Program-made: the position numbers and the translations under genes
The notes under the pieces: model-generated
Seen by the model: only the letters and a program-made list of their open reading frames with translations
Told to the model about the DNA's origin: nothing
The model's database searches: none
Assembly (NCBI GenBank): GCA_009602735.1
Contig: WELA01002985.1
Coordinates: 192,418 to 229,325 of the forward strand
DNA from: Mesotaenium endlicherianum
Lineage: Eukaryota
Direction of reading: 5' to 3'
DNA: 36,908 bases
Part shown: in pieces, positions 1 to 11,948 of the stretch
How positions within the stretch are numbered: the stretch's first letter is position 1
Layout of the letters: every line of letters begins with the position of its first letter

Positions 1-1407
1 CCGCCCCGCGCGCACCCCCCCCTCTTCTTGCTGTTGTTATATTCTCGCATCTCCAAACATCTTACCGTGAGCAGAGACTTGCGCGGTGTGCTGTAATTGT
101 AAGGTGGGACCTTCCCCCAACTTCTGCACGGGCTCCAAATGGAAAGAAGCTGGGTGCTTGTTCCTCCACAGTGCAGTTTGCAGGAGGAGCTCCACGTCCT
201 CTTCCTAAGCTTGTGCCTGTGTTTGTCACCTGTGCTCATCCTCTGGCCTTGCAAATCTGCTGTTTACATTGCGAGCGGGCCAAAATTTTGATTTTCTTGT
301 GTGAACCTGGGTGCCTGGGGGAACAGCCATGGTACATACAAAAATGCTGCCTCGAAAGTGACAGTGACAGCGTGGCCGCATGTTTGTCGTCTGGCTGTGA
401 CATGGTGTGTGTATTTTCAGAGCTGCGACCTGAGCCGGGCAGTCTTCTCTTCCTCACGACGACGCTCTCAGGGTAAGCGCAGCCCTGGATGGACGCTGTC
501 TGCAGCCCAGCTGTTACGAGCCTCGCAAAGGGGGGTCGTGTGACGCTAGAGAAGTTGAGCCCATCCAAGCAAGCTGAGGTGGCAGTCCTAAGAGCCGAGG
601 AGCTGAGGTGGCAGTGGCATGGTTGAGGGTCTCAAGGGGGCGTTTCCAAATTGCTTCAGATACGGAGGAGTGCATGTTGCAGGCATGCATGCCGGCTGGA
701 GAAATCAGATGACAGCTGTCAGTCTACTCCCCTCATGTGTTTGTTCTCAGGGGCTGATAACGAGCTCAGAGGGGTACCTGGAGCAGCTGCCATGTGTCAA
801 GAGAGGGGGGGCGGAGAAACTTCATGGGAGCAAAAGCGTGGGTGAGAAAAGGACAAGGGCAGGCCCTCGAGTGAATGTAGGTGCTGGTGTGCGTACGTTC
901 AGATCTGTGGACAAAGCCGATGCATGTTTTTCATCGTCGAAATGGAGGGGACGAGCAAGAGGGGCGGTTTCCATACTGGAGGCCTGCGCCTGTTCCGCCT
1001 GCCGGGGTGCAAGAGAATCGCAGTCTGCACCCAATGCCGAGGATTGATGTGTGTGGCGCTTTGCAATTTCCAGTCAACTCGCGCACGGCCTTCCCCAGCA
1101 TGTCGTTGCGTTGCAGTCTCTAGCAGTGGGCACTTGACTCGCAGTGAAATAATGGATCGAGGAGGCTTATGTGTCCGTAGCCGATGTGTGCGTGCCATGC
1201 GGGTGGATGCAAATCACTTGGGAGTCGGAGCAGCAGAGCTGCAGTATGCCAAGTGTCATGCCTCACTCCACCCTATCAGCCAGCTGGACAGCCTCTCCGC
1301 TGTTCCACTACCAGCAGGTCCGCTGCTGTTGATGATGACCACTCGGATTTGTGCCACTAGGCAGATTCTTTCTGACTCTCGCTACCTAGCCAATTTTTGC
1401 TGAGCAG

Positions 1408-2534
1408 GAGGAGGAGGAGCCAGCGGTGCAGGGGGGGACGGGCACGACGAGGTTTGGCATGTGAGGCGTCAGATCGACGAGGGCACCTCCGCACCTCACC
1501 CCGGCTCTGGGTCTGGCCGGAGGGCTGCTGCACCTCCTGGGCCAGCTGGCGCCTCCCCTCCTTCTCAGCCAATGTCTGCGCAGCGCGGGGAGATACAACC
1601 TGTTGCAACCGAGAAGCAGGCAGATGTACCTGCACCTGATGGACCTAGCCAGCCCGCTGCTTCCTGTGGTAACCACCATGCACATGGCAAGGGCGTAGGC
1701 AGGCCAGCTGGCGAGAGCGCCAGAGAAGGAGTACAGGACCTGCCGCCTCTTGTGACACAGATAGAGCGACACCTCGCAACTCCCTACGACGAAGTCTTGA
1801 GATCTGGCGAGGCGGGCGTCAAGGAGGGGCAGGAGGACAAACTCGGCGCTCCAGGGCCAAGTCAAGAGCAGGGACGAAGTGGAGAGGGGGAGAGGGAGGG
1901 GGGGGCGGAAGNNNNNNNNNNNNNNNNNNNNNNNNNNNNNNNNNNNNNNNNNNNNNNNNNNNNNNNNNNNNNNNNNNNNNNNNNNNNNNNNNNNNNNNNN
2001 NNNNNNNNNNNNNNNNNNNNNNNNNNNNNNNNNNNNNNNNNNNNNNNNNNNNNNNNNNNNNNNNNNNNNNNNNNNNNNNNNNNNNGGGCGGAAGGGGAGG
2101 GGGAGGGGGAGGGGGAGGAAGAGAGAGAGGGGGAAGCTGAGGGTGCAGCTGCGGAGGTCAAGTTTGACGAGAAGCGCATCGTGCCCCCCACTCCTGCTGC
2201 TAATTCTGCTGCTGCTGCTGCTCCCAGGGCTGCGATTGGCGGCACCAATGGCTCTGCAGCAAGTGGACCTGCCCCGGGTGAGACCTATGCGGAGATGGCC
2301 AACAAGAAGGCATCTGCAGACTCCAAGGGGAGCCTCGGCGCCGATCCTCGTGCGGCAGAGGGTGGAGCAGCAACAGCTGCAGTCTCAGTGCCACCAGCCA
2401 GGGCGGCAGGGGGAGCTGGTGCGACACCAGGCGCAGCTGCAGCTGTGCTGCCACGTGGTGGCCAGGAGGGGGGGAAGGGGGTGGGGGCAGGCTCGGCTGC
2501 ACACCACCCACCGGTGAGTTACGCGGACGCAGTG
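1408..2534 (+). CDS. Large exon (5' part) of a low-complexity, likely disordered Gly/Ala/Glu/Pro-rich protein with repeated [STP]Y[AD][ED] motifs; interrupted by an N gap and cut at the single N at 2535
   Basis: Acceptor ttttgctgagcag| ends at 1407 and the frame stays open across the gap; first in-frame ATG at 1572 (MSAQRGEIQ). Motifs TPYDEVL, ETYAEMA, VSYADAV. A possible upstream exon lies at 421-472 (ttttcag|...CAGG|gtaagc). No family recognised. Confidence 0.6.
2086..2534. repeat. 449-bp direct duplication, copy 1 (matches 12149-12597)
   Basis: Reads identically by eye from gggcggaagggg to gttacgcggacgcagtg at offset 10063; the ORF track gives identical translations for both copies. Flanked by an N gap on the left and a single N on the right. 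Confidence 0.95.
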
Positions 2535-3228
2535 NCACCAAACTTCCTTCATTTACCCCCTGCCCTTGCCCTCGCGAACCGTGGCCCTCTGATCTCTTGT
2601 CAGTGCCATGTGGCTCATTGTCCTCGCTGCACACTCGTGTGTGGTCACATCTTGGTGTAGGCAGTCGCGTTGGCCAGCCAGCCAGCCAGCCAGCCAACCA
2701 ACTAGCCATGACGACGGCCCTCGGCTACTGATACTCGTGCGCGAAGATCTGAGCAAGCCTTGACAGCCTGCCAGCATGGCAATGTGCACTGCAGCGGCCC
2801 CGCTGCTCGTGCTCTCAGCTCTTTGTGCCCTCTTCATGTGACCGGGGGCCACCCGTCACGCCAAACGTCAAGGAAGCCCGAAATGCGGAGGACCTCTCAT
2901 CTCCGCTGATGTCATCTGTTCCGCGTAGGAAGCAAGGGCCCTCGAAATACCCGGGAAATATAGGCAGAAAGGGGGTAGCTTCCTTGCGTGCGAAGCTGCC
3001 AAGTGGCAGCACGATGCCGCTCCCAGCAGTTGCGAGCTCGTCTGGTCCTGCTGTCAGAGGAGTAGAACCATCTGGAAGCTGCGCGTGTCTGATAGGCCGG
3101 AAACTCCTAGCCCACTTCTCGCGCACAGATACTGACGCCCTGCCCGTCTCCTTCTACCTCTCCCTCGTGCTCCTGCGTGCATGGGCTCGGGCACACGCTC
3201 TGACGTACGCTCTGACGCACTCTGACAG

Positions 3229-5307
3229 AGGACCTGACGCCAGACGTGCTCGCGGTCGTTACGCGACCTGCCCCTGCCCCTGCCCCTGCCCCTGCCCCTG
3301 CCCCTGCCGCGCTGCCCTCCCCCCCGTGCCGCTTCCTGACGCGCGTGCTCGCCGCTGTCCCCTGGCTGCCGGGCGGCAGGCACGTCTCCGGGCCNNNNNN
3401 NNNNNNNNNNNNNNNNNNNNNNNNNNNNNNNNNNNNNNNNNNNNNNNNNNNNNNNNNNNNNNNNNNNNNNNNNNNNNNNNNNNNNNNNNNNNNNNNNNNN
3501 NNNNNNNNNNNNNNNNNNNNNNNNNNNNNNNNNNNNNNNNNNNNNNNNNNNNNNNNNNNNNNNNNNNNNNNNNNNNNNNNNNNNNNNNNNNNNNNNNNNN
3601 NNNNNNNNNNNNNNNNNNNNNNNNNNNNNNNNNNNNNNNNNNNNNNNNNNNNNNNNNNNNNNNNNNNNNNNNNNNNNNNNNNNNNNNNNNNNNNNNNNNN
3701 NNNNNNNNNNNNNNNNNNNNNNNNNNNNNNNNNNNNNNNNNNNNNNNNNNNNNNNNNNNNNNNNNNNNNNNNNNNNNNNNNNNNNNNNNNNNNNNNNNNN
3801 NNNNNNNNNNNNNNNNNNNNNNNNNNNNNNNNNNNNNNNNNNNNNNNNNNNNNNNNNNNNNNNNNNNNNNNNNNNNNNNNNNNNNNNNNNGGGGGGGGGG
3901 GCAGGTCGGTCGTTGCCAGAGTTTACGAGTATTAGAAGTTTTCATCAAGTGGCGGCATGCGTCTCCAATAGCCCACACACAGTGCGGGAGAAGGGGGGTG
4001 GATCTCACCACACGCGTTGCGCTCTTGTTCTGACGCAGTCGCCCGCCAAATGCCATGTGTCAGGTGCTAGTTGCCACGGACGTGATGCCGGCAGTCCCCT
4101 TCCGGCTGGATTCCATCTATATGGCAGCCGTCCTCGTGCTCGCTGGCGCGCAAGCGCTCCTGTCAGTCCGCCGGCGCTTTCGAACAGCGGCTCGGAACGC
4201 TCTCCTGGTGCGCTTCCGCTGCCTGCTCGCCCCACCCCCCCTCCTTTCGTCCTTCATGCATGTCGATCACACATTCACTTGTGGACGCGTGTGCGCGTGG
4301 GCACACACACACACACACACGCACACACACACACACACGCATGCACACGCGCGCACACACGCACACACACACGCACGTGCGTGCGCGTACGCTCGCGCAT
4401 ACACATGGGGTGCATTGTCGGTACGTATGTGTGTCTGCTTCACTGCAAGTGACACACGGCTGACGGCTGAGAGCCTCCGAGGTGGCGCACAGGTGCGGTC
4501 TGCTTTTGTACGCGACACGCGCGCAAGAGCCATGGCAAGCAGCTGGTGCTGTGGCTCTGGATAGCTGTCGAGATCGACGTCGTGAATCTCTTACTTTGCT
4601 GCTTGCTTGCCGTAAATTGCCTCAATGGAGATGTCCAAGGAGAGTGGGCTGGGTACACATCGTCTTAAGCAAAAGGAAATGGCAGATATGTTGTGATGCT
4701 CCTCTGGAGCTGCAGGACTGAGTGAAAGAGGAGTTATGTAGGTGTGAGCCCTTTGCGCACATGCTTATCCTTGTTGTTGTCTGTAAGCATAGAAGCAGAC
4801 AAATACATGCATGCACACGTTTTTATGCACACGTATGCACACGCGTGTGCTTACCTGTTGATGCCCTTGTGTGTCTGAGTGCAACTTTGTTGGAAACACA
4901 TGAGCCTGTGTTTGTATGTTGAAGCTCACTCTTGCTCAATTTCATCCTCTCTCCTCTCTCGCAAGTGCTCGCAAGCGCGTTGCTGAATCCACAGTATGTG
5001 GGATGTTTTGTTGTGCGTTCAATGTTTGCAGGTCTGCGGACTTCTAGATCTGCTGCTACTGGCATCTGATGCGACTACCATACTTTCTGGGAGGCACGAG
5101 CACAAGTATGTAACCCACGTGAGGGTTCCCCTTGGCGTGCTCTCTCTCCTTAACCTTATTCTCGTCATAGCACTGCTTTACTTCATCGAGATTAGACTGG
5201 TTCTCGAAGTAGCTGCTAGGAAGTATGTGTCGACGCCGCTAGAAGAGACTATCTCGAGGCTGAGCATCACCCTGCAGTCCCAGCAGAGTGATGGCGAAAG
5301 GCCTTGA
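3229..5307 (+). CDS. 3' exons of an unrecognised multi-pass membrane protein (exons about 3229-3394 then gap, 4064-4207, 5032-5307)
   Basis: Exon 4064-4207 (tgtcag|GTG...CTG|gtgcgc, phase 0) joins 5032-5307 (tttgcag|GTC...TGA, phase 0), giving ...IYMAAVLVLAGAQALLSVRRRFRTAARNALL-VCGLLDLLLLASDATTIL...VPLGVLSLLNLILVIALLYFIEIRL..., about three hydrophobic helices. The exon at 3229 (DLTPDVLAVVTRPAPAPAP...) and a possible one at 3129-3176 are less certain. Confidence 0.55.
4302..4405. repeat. (CA)n/(CACG)n microsatellite in an intron
   Basis: Direct reading of CA/CG runs. Confidence 0.9.
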
Positions 5308-6780
5308 TGTCTTCGTCTAGACAAGTGTACCAGGATCTGATGCCGATGCTGAAGATGGTAGAGGATGGTAAAGACTTGATTGATATGTTGATGTAGGACT
5401 AGGGTCTGTGGTAGTATCGTAATCGATCAAGACACGGACTATTGATCGGACAGTTAAGTGTCAATGTTGGTTGCAGTCGAGGACTTTGTAGGCTAGGTTA
5501 GTGGTTGCTTAAAAGAATAATTTGATGTCAAGTCTAAACAATGGCTGCAATAAATTAGAATAGCAAGCACCTGCAGCAGATGCTTAATTGCCATCAATGT
5601 GAATAAGCAGGGCTTTTCCCTGGAAAGCTTTGAGGCAATAAACGATGTGAAGAACAGAAGAAGTCAGTACTTTCTCACGGTTGTGTTAAATCAGGCAATA
5701 CTGTGTAACAATCATTAGTGAACTGTTGGTTCCGATTTTACAGCAATGCTATGAGCTTGCTTAGAGTAACTCACCATTGTCTAGGACACCTTTGACGACT
5801 GAAAACTGCTTCCAGGAGTGAGCACAACAAATTCTGAGTTTTTAGATCAATTTCAATTTGGCTGCTAACGCTTCTGCATATCCTGCTTGTAAGGTGAGAG
5901 AGATTGCACAGTGAGTGAGCTATTGCTGTGAGGATACAGGGCAGAAATGACAACGTGTAGAAGTGATATTGTTTTATTATGTATCCTCCCTTTACTTAGG
6001 TATCATACAACCTTGCCTTGCACTTCCAAAGGCACTTTAAAGTGATTCCCGATACTTTATTTGTCACTCTACGTAGGCATTGATTCTAAGGAATGACTTT
6101 ATGCGGTATTGACGAGCAATAACTTTCCTACTCGCTACTCTCGCAAAATAACCGGGTTTAAGTGTACCAGTCAATTAAAACTTAGGCTTTTTGTACAGTT
6201 GCAGAACATATAGCACAGCATGCATCCATGATCCTCGGATGGAAACAAATAGCACCTAAAGTGATCGCACAGAGATAAAACGATATTTATCAGATGGACT
6301 CCACAGCGCAGCTGCATCTAGCTAGCTGCACAAGAGGTCTCGAAATTCATGATTCTTTTTTTTGTCAATCCGCAGAAAGAGGATGTGTAAGCTTGAGGAC
6401 GCGCACGCTCTGCTTACATGTGTGAAGGTTCATGGTTGCATGGAGCATACAGTACTGGTAAGTCAGACTTAAGTTACTTAGCAATACCTGCGAAGTACGT
6501 GAGCCAATCTTAGGTACGTTGACCAAGTTAAAGTTGCAAAGCATGCAATCATCAAACATGCACATGGATCGATTCTTTGTATAGCAGCTTAACGAGTGCC
6601 TCAATGTCACGTGGTGAACTGGGTGCTTCACAGGTAAGTTTCTTGAGCAATAATTATGGCATCTGTTTTCTTTAATATGTTCATGAACAGGCCGGCCAAG
6701 TATTGCAACTCTCCGGTCAATCGGCTTTCATGGTTTTTGAAATGTATGCCTACTTTCTATCAAATGCTGCTTCAAATTAG

Positions 6781-6992
6781 AGCTCGCACAAATTACCAGA
6801 GAGCAAGAACTTGTGTGCTTTTCCTTGTTGGGAGACAATTCTTGCACTTACTTTTCACTTAATCGAGTCCTGCTGTTTTGTAATATAGCTCGCACCAAAT
6901 GCCCGAGAGTAAGAGCTGCGTGTAATTTTTTTGGTGAAAGAAAGTCTCTTGAGACTGGATCTCAATAATCGAGTCGCGCATCCTGTACAGTA
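6781..6992. repeat. Diverged 106-bp tandem duplication upstream of the HU-domain gene
   Basis: agctcgcac at 6781 and 6887; taatcgagtc at 6860 and 6966; gagagYaaga in both units; constant period of 106. Confidence 0.75.
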
Positions 6993-7116
6993 CAGTCAAT
7001 TCATTGCTCTCTGATACAAAAGAGGGACCTTAAACTACAGCCAAGCACAATTACCAGCTAGCTAGCGCAGGTCAAGGGCGTCACCAGTTGCATCCGGCCA
7101 TTAACAATCTGCAACT

Positions 7117-10100
7117 ATGGAGGTAGGATACAGCCAAGCAGCTTCATCCATCCAGTCCTTTGTGTGCAGCTCCGGCTGGCTTGGCCTCTCGCCAACACCT
7201 GGCAGTTTCAGCATGCAACTGCAGGCACGCTCGAAATTGGAAGCAGTTGGCAGCTGCCATGCGGCAAGAACTCATCGCTGCAGCGCAGCAGGTGCAATGG
7301 GCTTTCTTTCCCCGTCTTCCTCACGGAATTCGACAGATCAATCGCCCGCGGGTGGCAGCTACAACCGCCATGTCAGCATGCATGTCAGCAAGGATGGTCT
7401 TTCACCGTCCAAAAGCTTCAGGCTCTATGCAGCCAGGTCAGCACTTGCCGTTCACGGCAGAGGTGAATATTTGCAAGGCCAGAGTCTTGCGCACTCTCAG
7501 TGCTGCCGCCACTCTGCCTGCAGCAGCCTGCTGCGGACTTCTACTGACTATAAGAAACAGGGGGGAAGTTTTTTCTGCTCAGAAGCCGCCAGGTGTCGTG
7601 TCAAGAAGCTAAGCCCTGGCACGGTAGCTGCTGCTCACAACTGCTGGCTGGCAGATGCTCTGCAGCGCCACCTCATCCATCCGCTTCTCACGAGGAGGCA
7701 ACAGCTGTCAGTCCCTGGGCTTGACAGCAGCCTTGCAGTCTGCAGGGACACCTTCAACCCCAAAGCCTCATCCGCTTCAGAGTCCTCCTCCGGCTCCCCG
7801 CCGGCTTCTTCTTCTCCTCCCCCTCTGCGCACGCCTTTCCCGTCCCCTCCTCCGCCGAGGTTTCTGCCTCTCTCCCCTCCACCTCCTCCGTCGTTATCCC
7901 CGTCACCCTCGCTCCATTCATTGCCTCTCCCTGTTCCTTCTTCATCTGCATCGTCTCTTTCAGACCCGTCTTCGACCCCGTCCTCCCCCTCCTCCTCGTC
8001 CACCACGTCTTCCTCCTCCTCCTCCTCCCCGTCCTCCTCTTCCTCCCTCTCCTCCTCTTCCGCCTCTTACACCTCCTCTTCCTCTTCTTTTTCCTCCTCA
8101 TTCGTGGATTCCACTTCTCTCCCACCCAGCAATGTACCTGGAGACCTGGATGGTGCATTTGAGTCGGGGGAGGTACGCTTTGGGGTGCCCCCTGGCACCG
8201 AGGTGCATGCATCTGCTGCAGGTCAAGGTCCGCTCTCCCGCACGCCTCTGTCCACGCCGCAGGTGCATGCATCTGCGACGCATGTGCCCTCCTCCATGCA
8301 GCCCAGCATGCCTGCGGCCCTGGAGCACGCGTCCGCCGATGTCTCTTCATATAGCGGCGCTGACGCCACCCCTCGCATCAGTGACACGGCCGCTGACAAC
8401 AACAGTGACATTCCGGGCTCGTCGAGTTACGCACCAGCACACGCAGCACGTGAGCCCCAGAGGAGGGGAGGCCGGCACGAAACCCTCGACACCTGGCTCC
8501 TCCACAGGGAGCATCAGGACAGCAGCCTGGAGCTGCCGCAGCAGCGGGGGCTGGAGCAGGCGCCACACGTGCAAGTGCTGCAGAAGAGTGGGGGCTCTGC
8601 CCAACTGATGGGCTCCGGAGCCACTTCTGGCGCGAGGGGTGGGGAGACAAATGGGGAAAGCGGGCCCCGCACGGGCCTGCGCCTTCGTCGCCCCCCACCG
8701 TCAGATCCGCATCCGAGGGCGGCAGGCAAGCCCCCCGATCCGCCCACGACGTTCCTGGACTCCCACCTAGACCTTCTGACGAATGAGAACTCGGGGGAGC
8801 TCCTGGGGCTGCTTGGCCACTCCGGGAGCCTTCCGAAGGCAACGGAGGGCGAGCGGCAGCAGCAACCCGAAGAGCGGCAGCAAAAGCAGCAGCGGCGGCG
8901 GCAGCTAGCGGATGGCGAGAAGCGGAGGAGCCATCGGGCGCCTCATGTTGCACACGGAGACTCCGCACCAGCCTTGACCGTTGCCATTTCTGAAGGGAAG
9001 CAGGAGGAGGAGCAGGAGCAGAAGCAGGAGGAGCAGGAGAAGGAGCGGGAGCATGAGCAGCAGTGGCAGGAGCAGGAGTGGCAGGGACAGGGGCTGGGGC
9101 AGGAGGATGGGCAGGAGGAGTGGGAGGAGCAGGGGCAGGGGCAGGGGCACAATGAGGAGCAGGACGTGCTGGAGCAGGAGGAGCAAGGGCAGGGGCAGGG
9201 CCAGGGCCAGGGGCAGTGGCAGGAGGAGGGAGGCAGCATGTCAGAGAGGAGCTCGCCGATCTTGGCCCAAGAGGGGGCGGCGAGCCCCACACGAGGCGCC
9301 GTGAGTAGGCACAGGCTGCCGGCGTGGGCGGAGCGGGAGCTCGAGGAGATGGCGGCACCATCCCTGTTCTCCTACGTGGCGGCGCCACCATCCTCCCACG
9401 TGGCGGCGCCACAGGAGAAGAAGCGCTCCAGCGCCGCTCCTCGCGAGTTTGGCTCCTCCAGCCCGGCGCGGCAGCAGGCGTCCCATAAGAAGGGCAAGAA
9501 GTCAACGCAGGCGCACTCTCAGAGAACCACCGAGGGCTCTCCTTCCCCTCCTCCTCCCCCTTTTCCCGGGACTGATGCTGGGACTCCTTCAGGGCATGCG
9601 CTTGAGGAGCCCGTGGGTTTGTCCCTTTCCTCTGAGAATGAGGCAGGCAAGGCTGCGGGGAGAGGCGGGCATGTGGGCGGCGAGGGCAGCCCAGAAGCAC
9701 CTGCCGAGCGTGCGCCTGCAGGAGCAGCAGCAGCTGCAGCAGCAGGAGGAGTAGGAGGAGGAGCAGGGGTTGTTGGACCTGTAGTGTTGACATTGGCAGA
9801 GGCAGTGACGGAGGCAGTGGCAGAGGCAGTGTCAGAGGCAGAGGGGGAGGAGGAGGAGGAAGAGGGGGAGGACAAGGGGGAGACGCACGTGGCGGCGGAA
9901 GAAGCAAGAGGTGGTGGACAGGGAGAGGGAGCTGAGGAGGGCGAAAGGGAAGAGGCTCCCTTTTCTCCTCCTCATTCGCATCTACGGGCGGCCAATGTGG
10001 AGGCGGCCTCTTCTGCCTCTGCTCCTCATGCAGCTGCTGCTGCGCCGGCCCCGGCTGCTGCTGGTGGAGCTGCTGCTGCTGGTGGTGGTGATGATGCTCC

Positions 10101-10130
10101 TTCTGAGCTTGCTGCGGTTGCAGCGGCAAG
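7117..10130 (+). CDS. Exon 1 (about 1004 aa) of the HU/IHF-domain protein: transit-peptide-like N-terminus followed by Ser/Pro-rich, Gln/Glu-rich and Ala/Gly/Glu-rich low-complexity tracts
   Basis: 3-kb uninterrupted ORF from ATG 7117; donor GCAAG|gtgggt at 10130/10131 is phase 2 and matches the phase-2 acceptor at 10737. Confidence 0.75.
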
Positions 10131-10736
10131 GTGGGTGGGGGTACAGGGAGGGCCTGCTGTTGCACGTGTCGTGTGCAGTATATGTACGCATACATATTGC
10201 AAATACAGATATGTCTATATTTGTACTCGTACATAGGCACATAAGGATATATCTAATAAATGTACGTATAGACATCCATACATATGTGGATGAATATGTC
10301 TCTATACGTGTTCACATATTTTGTGTAATTACTCTTAGGTAAATGAAGGTGACATTTATGGCACTTGGCCATGAAATATTTCGACCTCTAGACATTCGAT
10401 TGCTCACTCATTGGATCACGTCTGGTGCGCCCAAACTAAAGTGGTCCACAAATAACTGTGTCCGGTATACCTGGTCCGCCAGATCAATATCGAGTGACCG
10501 AAATTGACAGCAACATATATGTGGAGTGGCGCGTAGGAAAAGGTGCCCTGAAGTGGCCCTTCAGACCCCACGAGAGAAGTGTAAGTCAGGCCCTGCCTGG
10601 GGGATGTTTTTTCTGGCTGCACGCGATTTTCCCTGCCGCTGCTGCTGCCAGTAAATACTTATATTTATAAAATGGAAAAGAATTTGAATGGAAATAAAAT
10701 AATAAAAAACAGAAAACCCTTCCCCGCTGAGCGCAG

Positions 10737-11094
10737 GCGCGACGCCGAGCCCAGCCCTCGGCGAGAGACCGACGAGCCGGCTCCCCAAGTGGAGCTGGGC
10801 CCAATTATGGAGCCGGAGCCGGAGCCGGAGCCGAAGATGGAGCCGCAGGCGAAATTTGCCAACGTGATTTTGGCCCGGCCGCGGGATGTCGCGGCCCGCC
10901 CCAAGAGAACCAGGGTCCCCGGCCTGCCCAGGGCCACGAAGGGAACGCTTGTGAAGAGGGTGGCGAGGTCCATGGGGTGCTCCCGGGAGAAGGCCAGGAA
11001 AGCCTTCAACGCCACCGTGACAGCTGTCCAGGAGGAGATCAGCGAGGGCAAGCGCGTCGTCATCACAGGCTTTGGCACCTTCTCCAAGCACGAG
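10737..11094 (+). CDS. Exon 2 encoding the N-terminal body of a bacterial histone-like DNA-binding (HU/IHF family) domain
   Basis: gcgcag|G...CACGAG|gtgagc; translation ATKGTLVKRVARSMGCSREKARKAFNATVTAVQEEISEGKRVVITGFGTFSKHE fits HU helix 1, helix 2 and the G-x-x-V-x-I-x-GFGTF signature. Confidence 0.85.
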
Positions 11095-11194
11095 GTGAGC
11101 TTGCACCGGCATGCGGGGGCACGCGCTCACGTGCACCTGTCGGACACATGCCTCTGTGTGCGTGAGAGAGCGCGCCCCTGTCGAATGCACGCCC

Positions 11195-11350
11195 CTGCGT
11201 GCGTGTGCGTGTGCATGTGCGTGTGCGTATGCGTGTGTATGTTTGTGCGTCTGTGTGTGCATGTGTGCGCGTGCGTGCATGCAATCGCGTGCATTCGTGC
11301 GTGTGTTTGCGTGTGTTCGTATACGTGTGCTCGTACGTGCGTGTGAGAGC
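11195..11350. repeat. Degenerate (TG/TGCG)n microsatellite in the HU-gene intron
   Basis: Direct reading. Confidence 0.85.
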
Positions 11351-11948
11351 GTGTGAAAGTGCGTGGTGCTACACTTCGCTGTCGTGCCGTATGCTGTATT
11401 CTTGCAGGCGCGTGTGCCCCAGCGCACATGCAGAGCACATGCCACGCGTGGCGGAGCAGCCGTTGAGTCGCTTGTGGGAGCAGTCAAATCACGCAGTCAG
11501 TCTTCTTTTTGGAAGTTCAATGGGATATGCATAAGCTCAGTCCCTGCTTATCCATTTTGACCAAAGTCACTCACATCACATCACAATCGTTGCATTGCGT
11601 CAAGCTGGAGGCAAGCATACTGCTGTTAGGAAAATACCATATCACATGTAAGCCGCGCGCTTGGCCCCTAGCTCAGCCGCACGGCTCACTCCCAACATGC
11701 TGCCATATCATAGTGGAACACAATTGGCATGCACATGGTGGTCCGGCCAGCCATGGCCACGTGTCGCGTCGAGGCTGGGGCTGGGTGGCTGGGTGGCTGG
11801 CTGGGTGGCTGGTGCGGGTCTGATCGTTGATGCCACATGGACCTTCTTTGACATGCTTGAGCATGGCTGCATAAGCTGACAGTTGGCATGCATGAGCGGG
11901 CCGGGCTTGGCGCTGACTTGTCTTTCTCTTGCATGCTGGCGGCGGCAG

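Noticed and set aside
573..615. 15-bp direct repeat agctgaggtggcagt, two copies
   Set aside because: Only two short copies in probable intron sequence; not a CRISPR array and no element lies between them.
8378..10240. 620-aa minus-strand ORF and other nested ORFs
   Set aside because: Antisense or alternative-frame shadows of the GC-rich, low-complexity exon 1.
10330..10600. Possible MITE in HU-gene intron 1
   Set aside because: No terminal inverted repeats or target-site duplication could be identified by eye.
10672..11346. Stand-alone 224-aa ORF read as a bacterial hup gene or contaminant
   Set aside because: The HU segment is bounded by GT-AG splice sites in eukaryotic context; the ORF's start and its CVCV tail are intron and microsatellite read-through.
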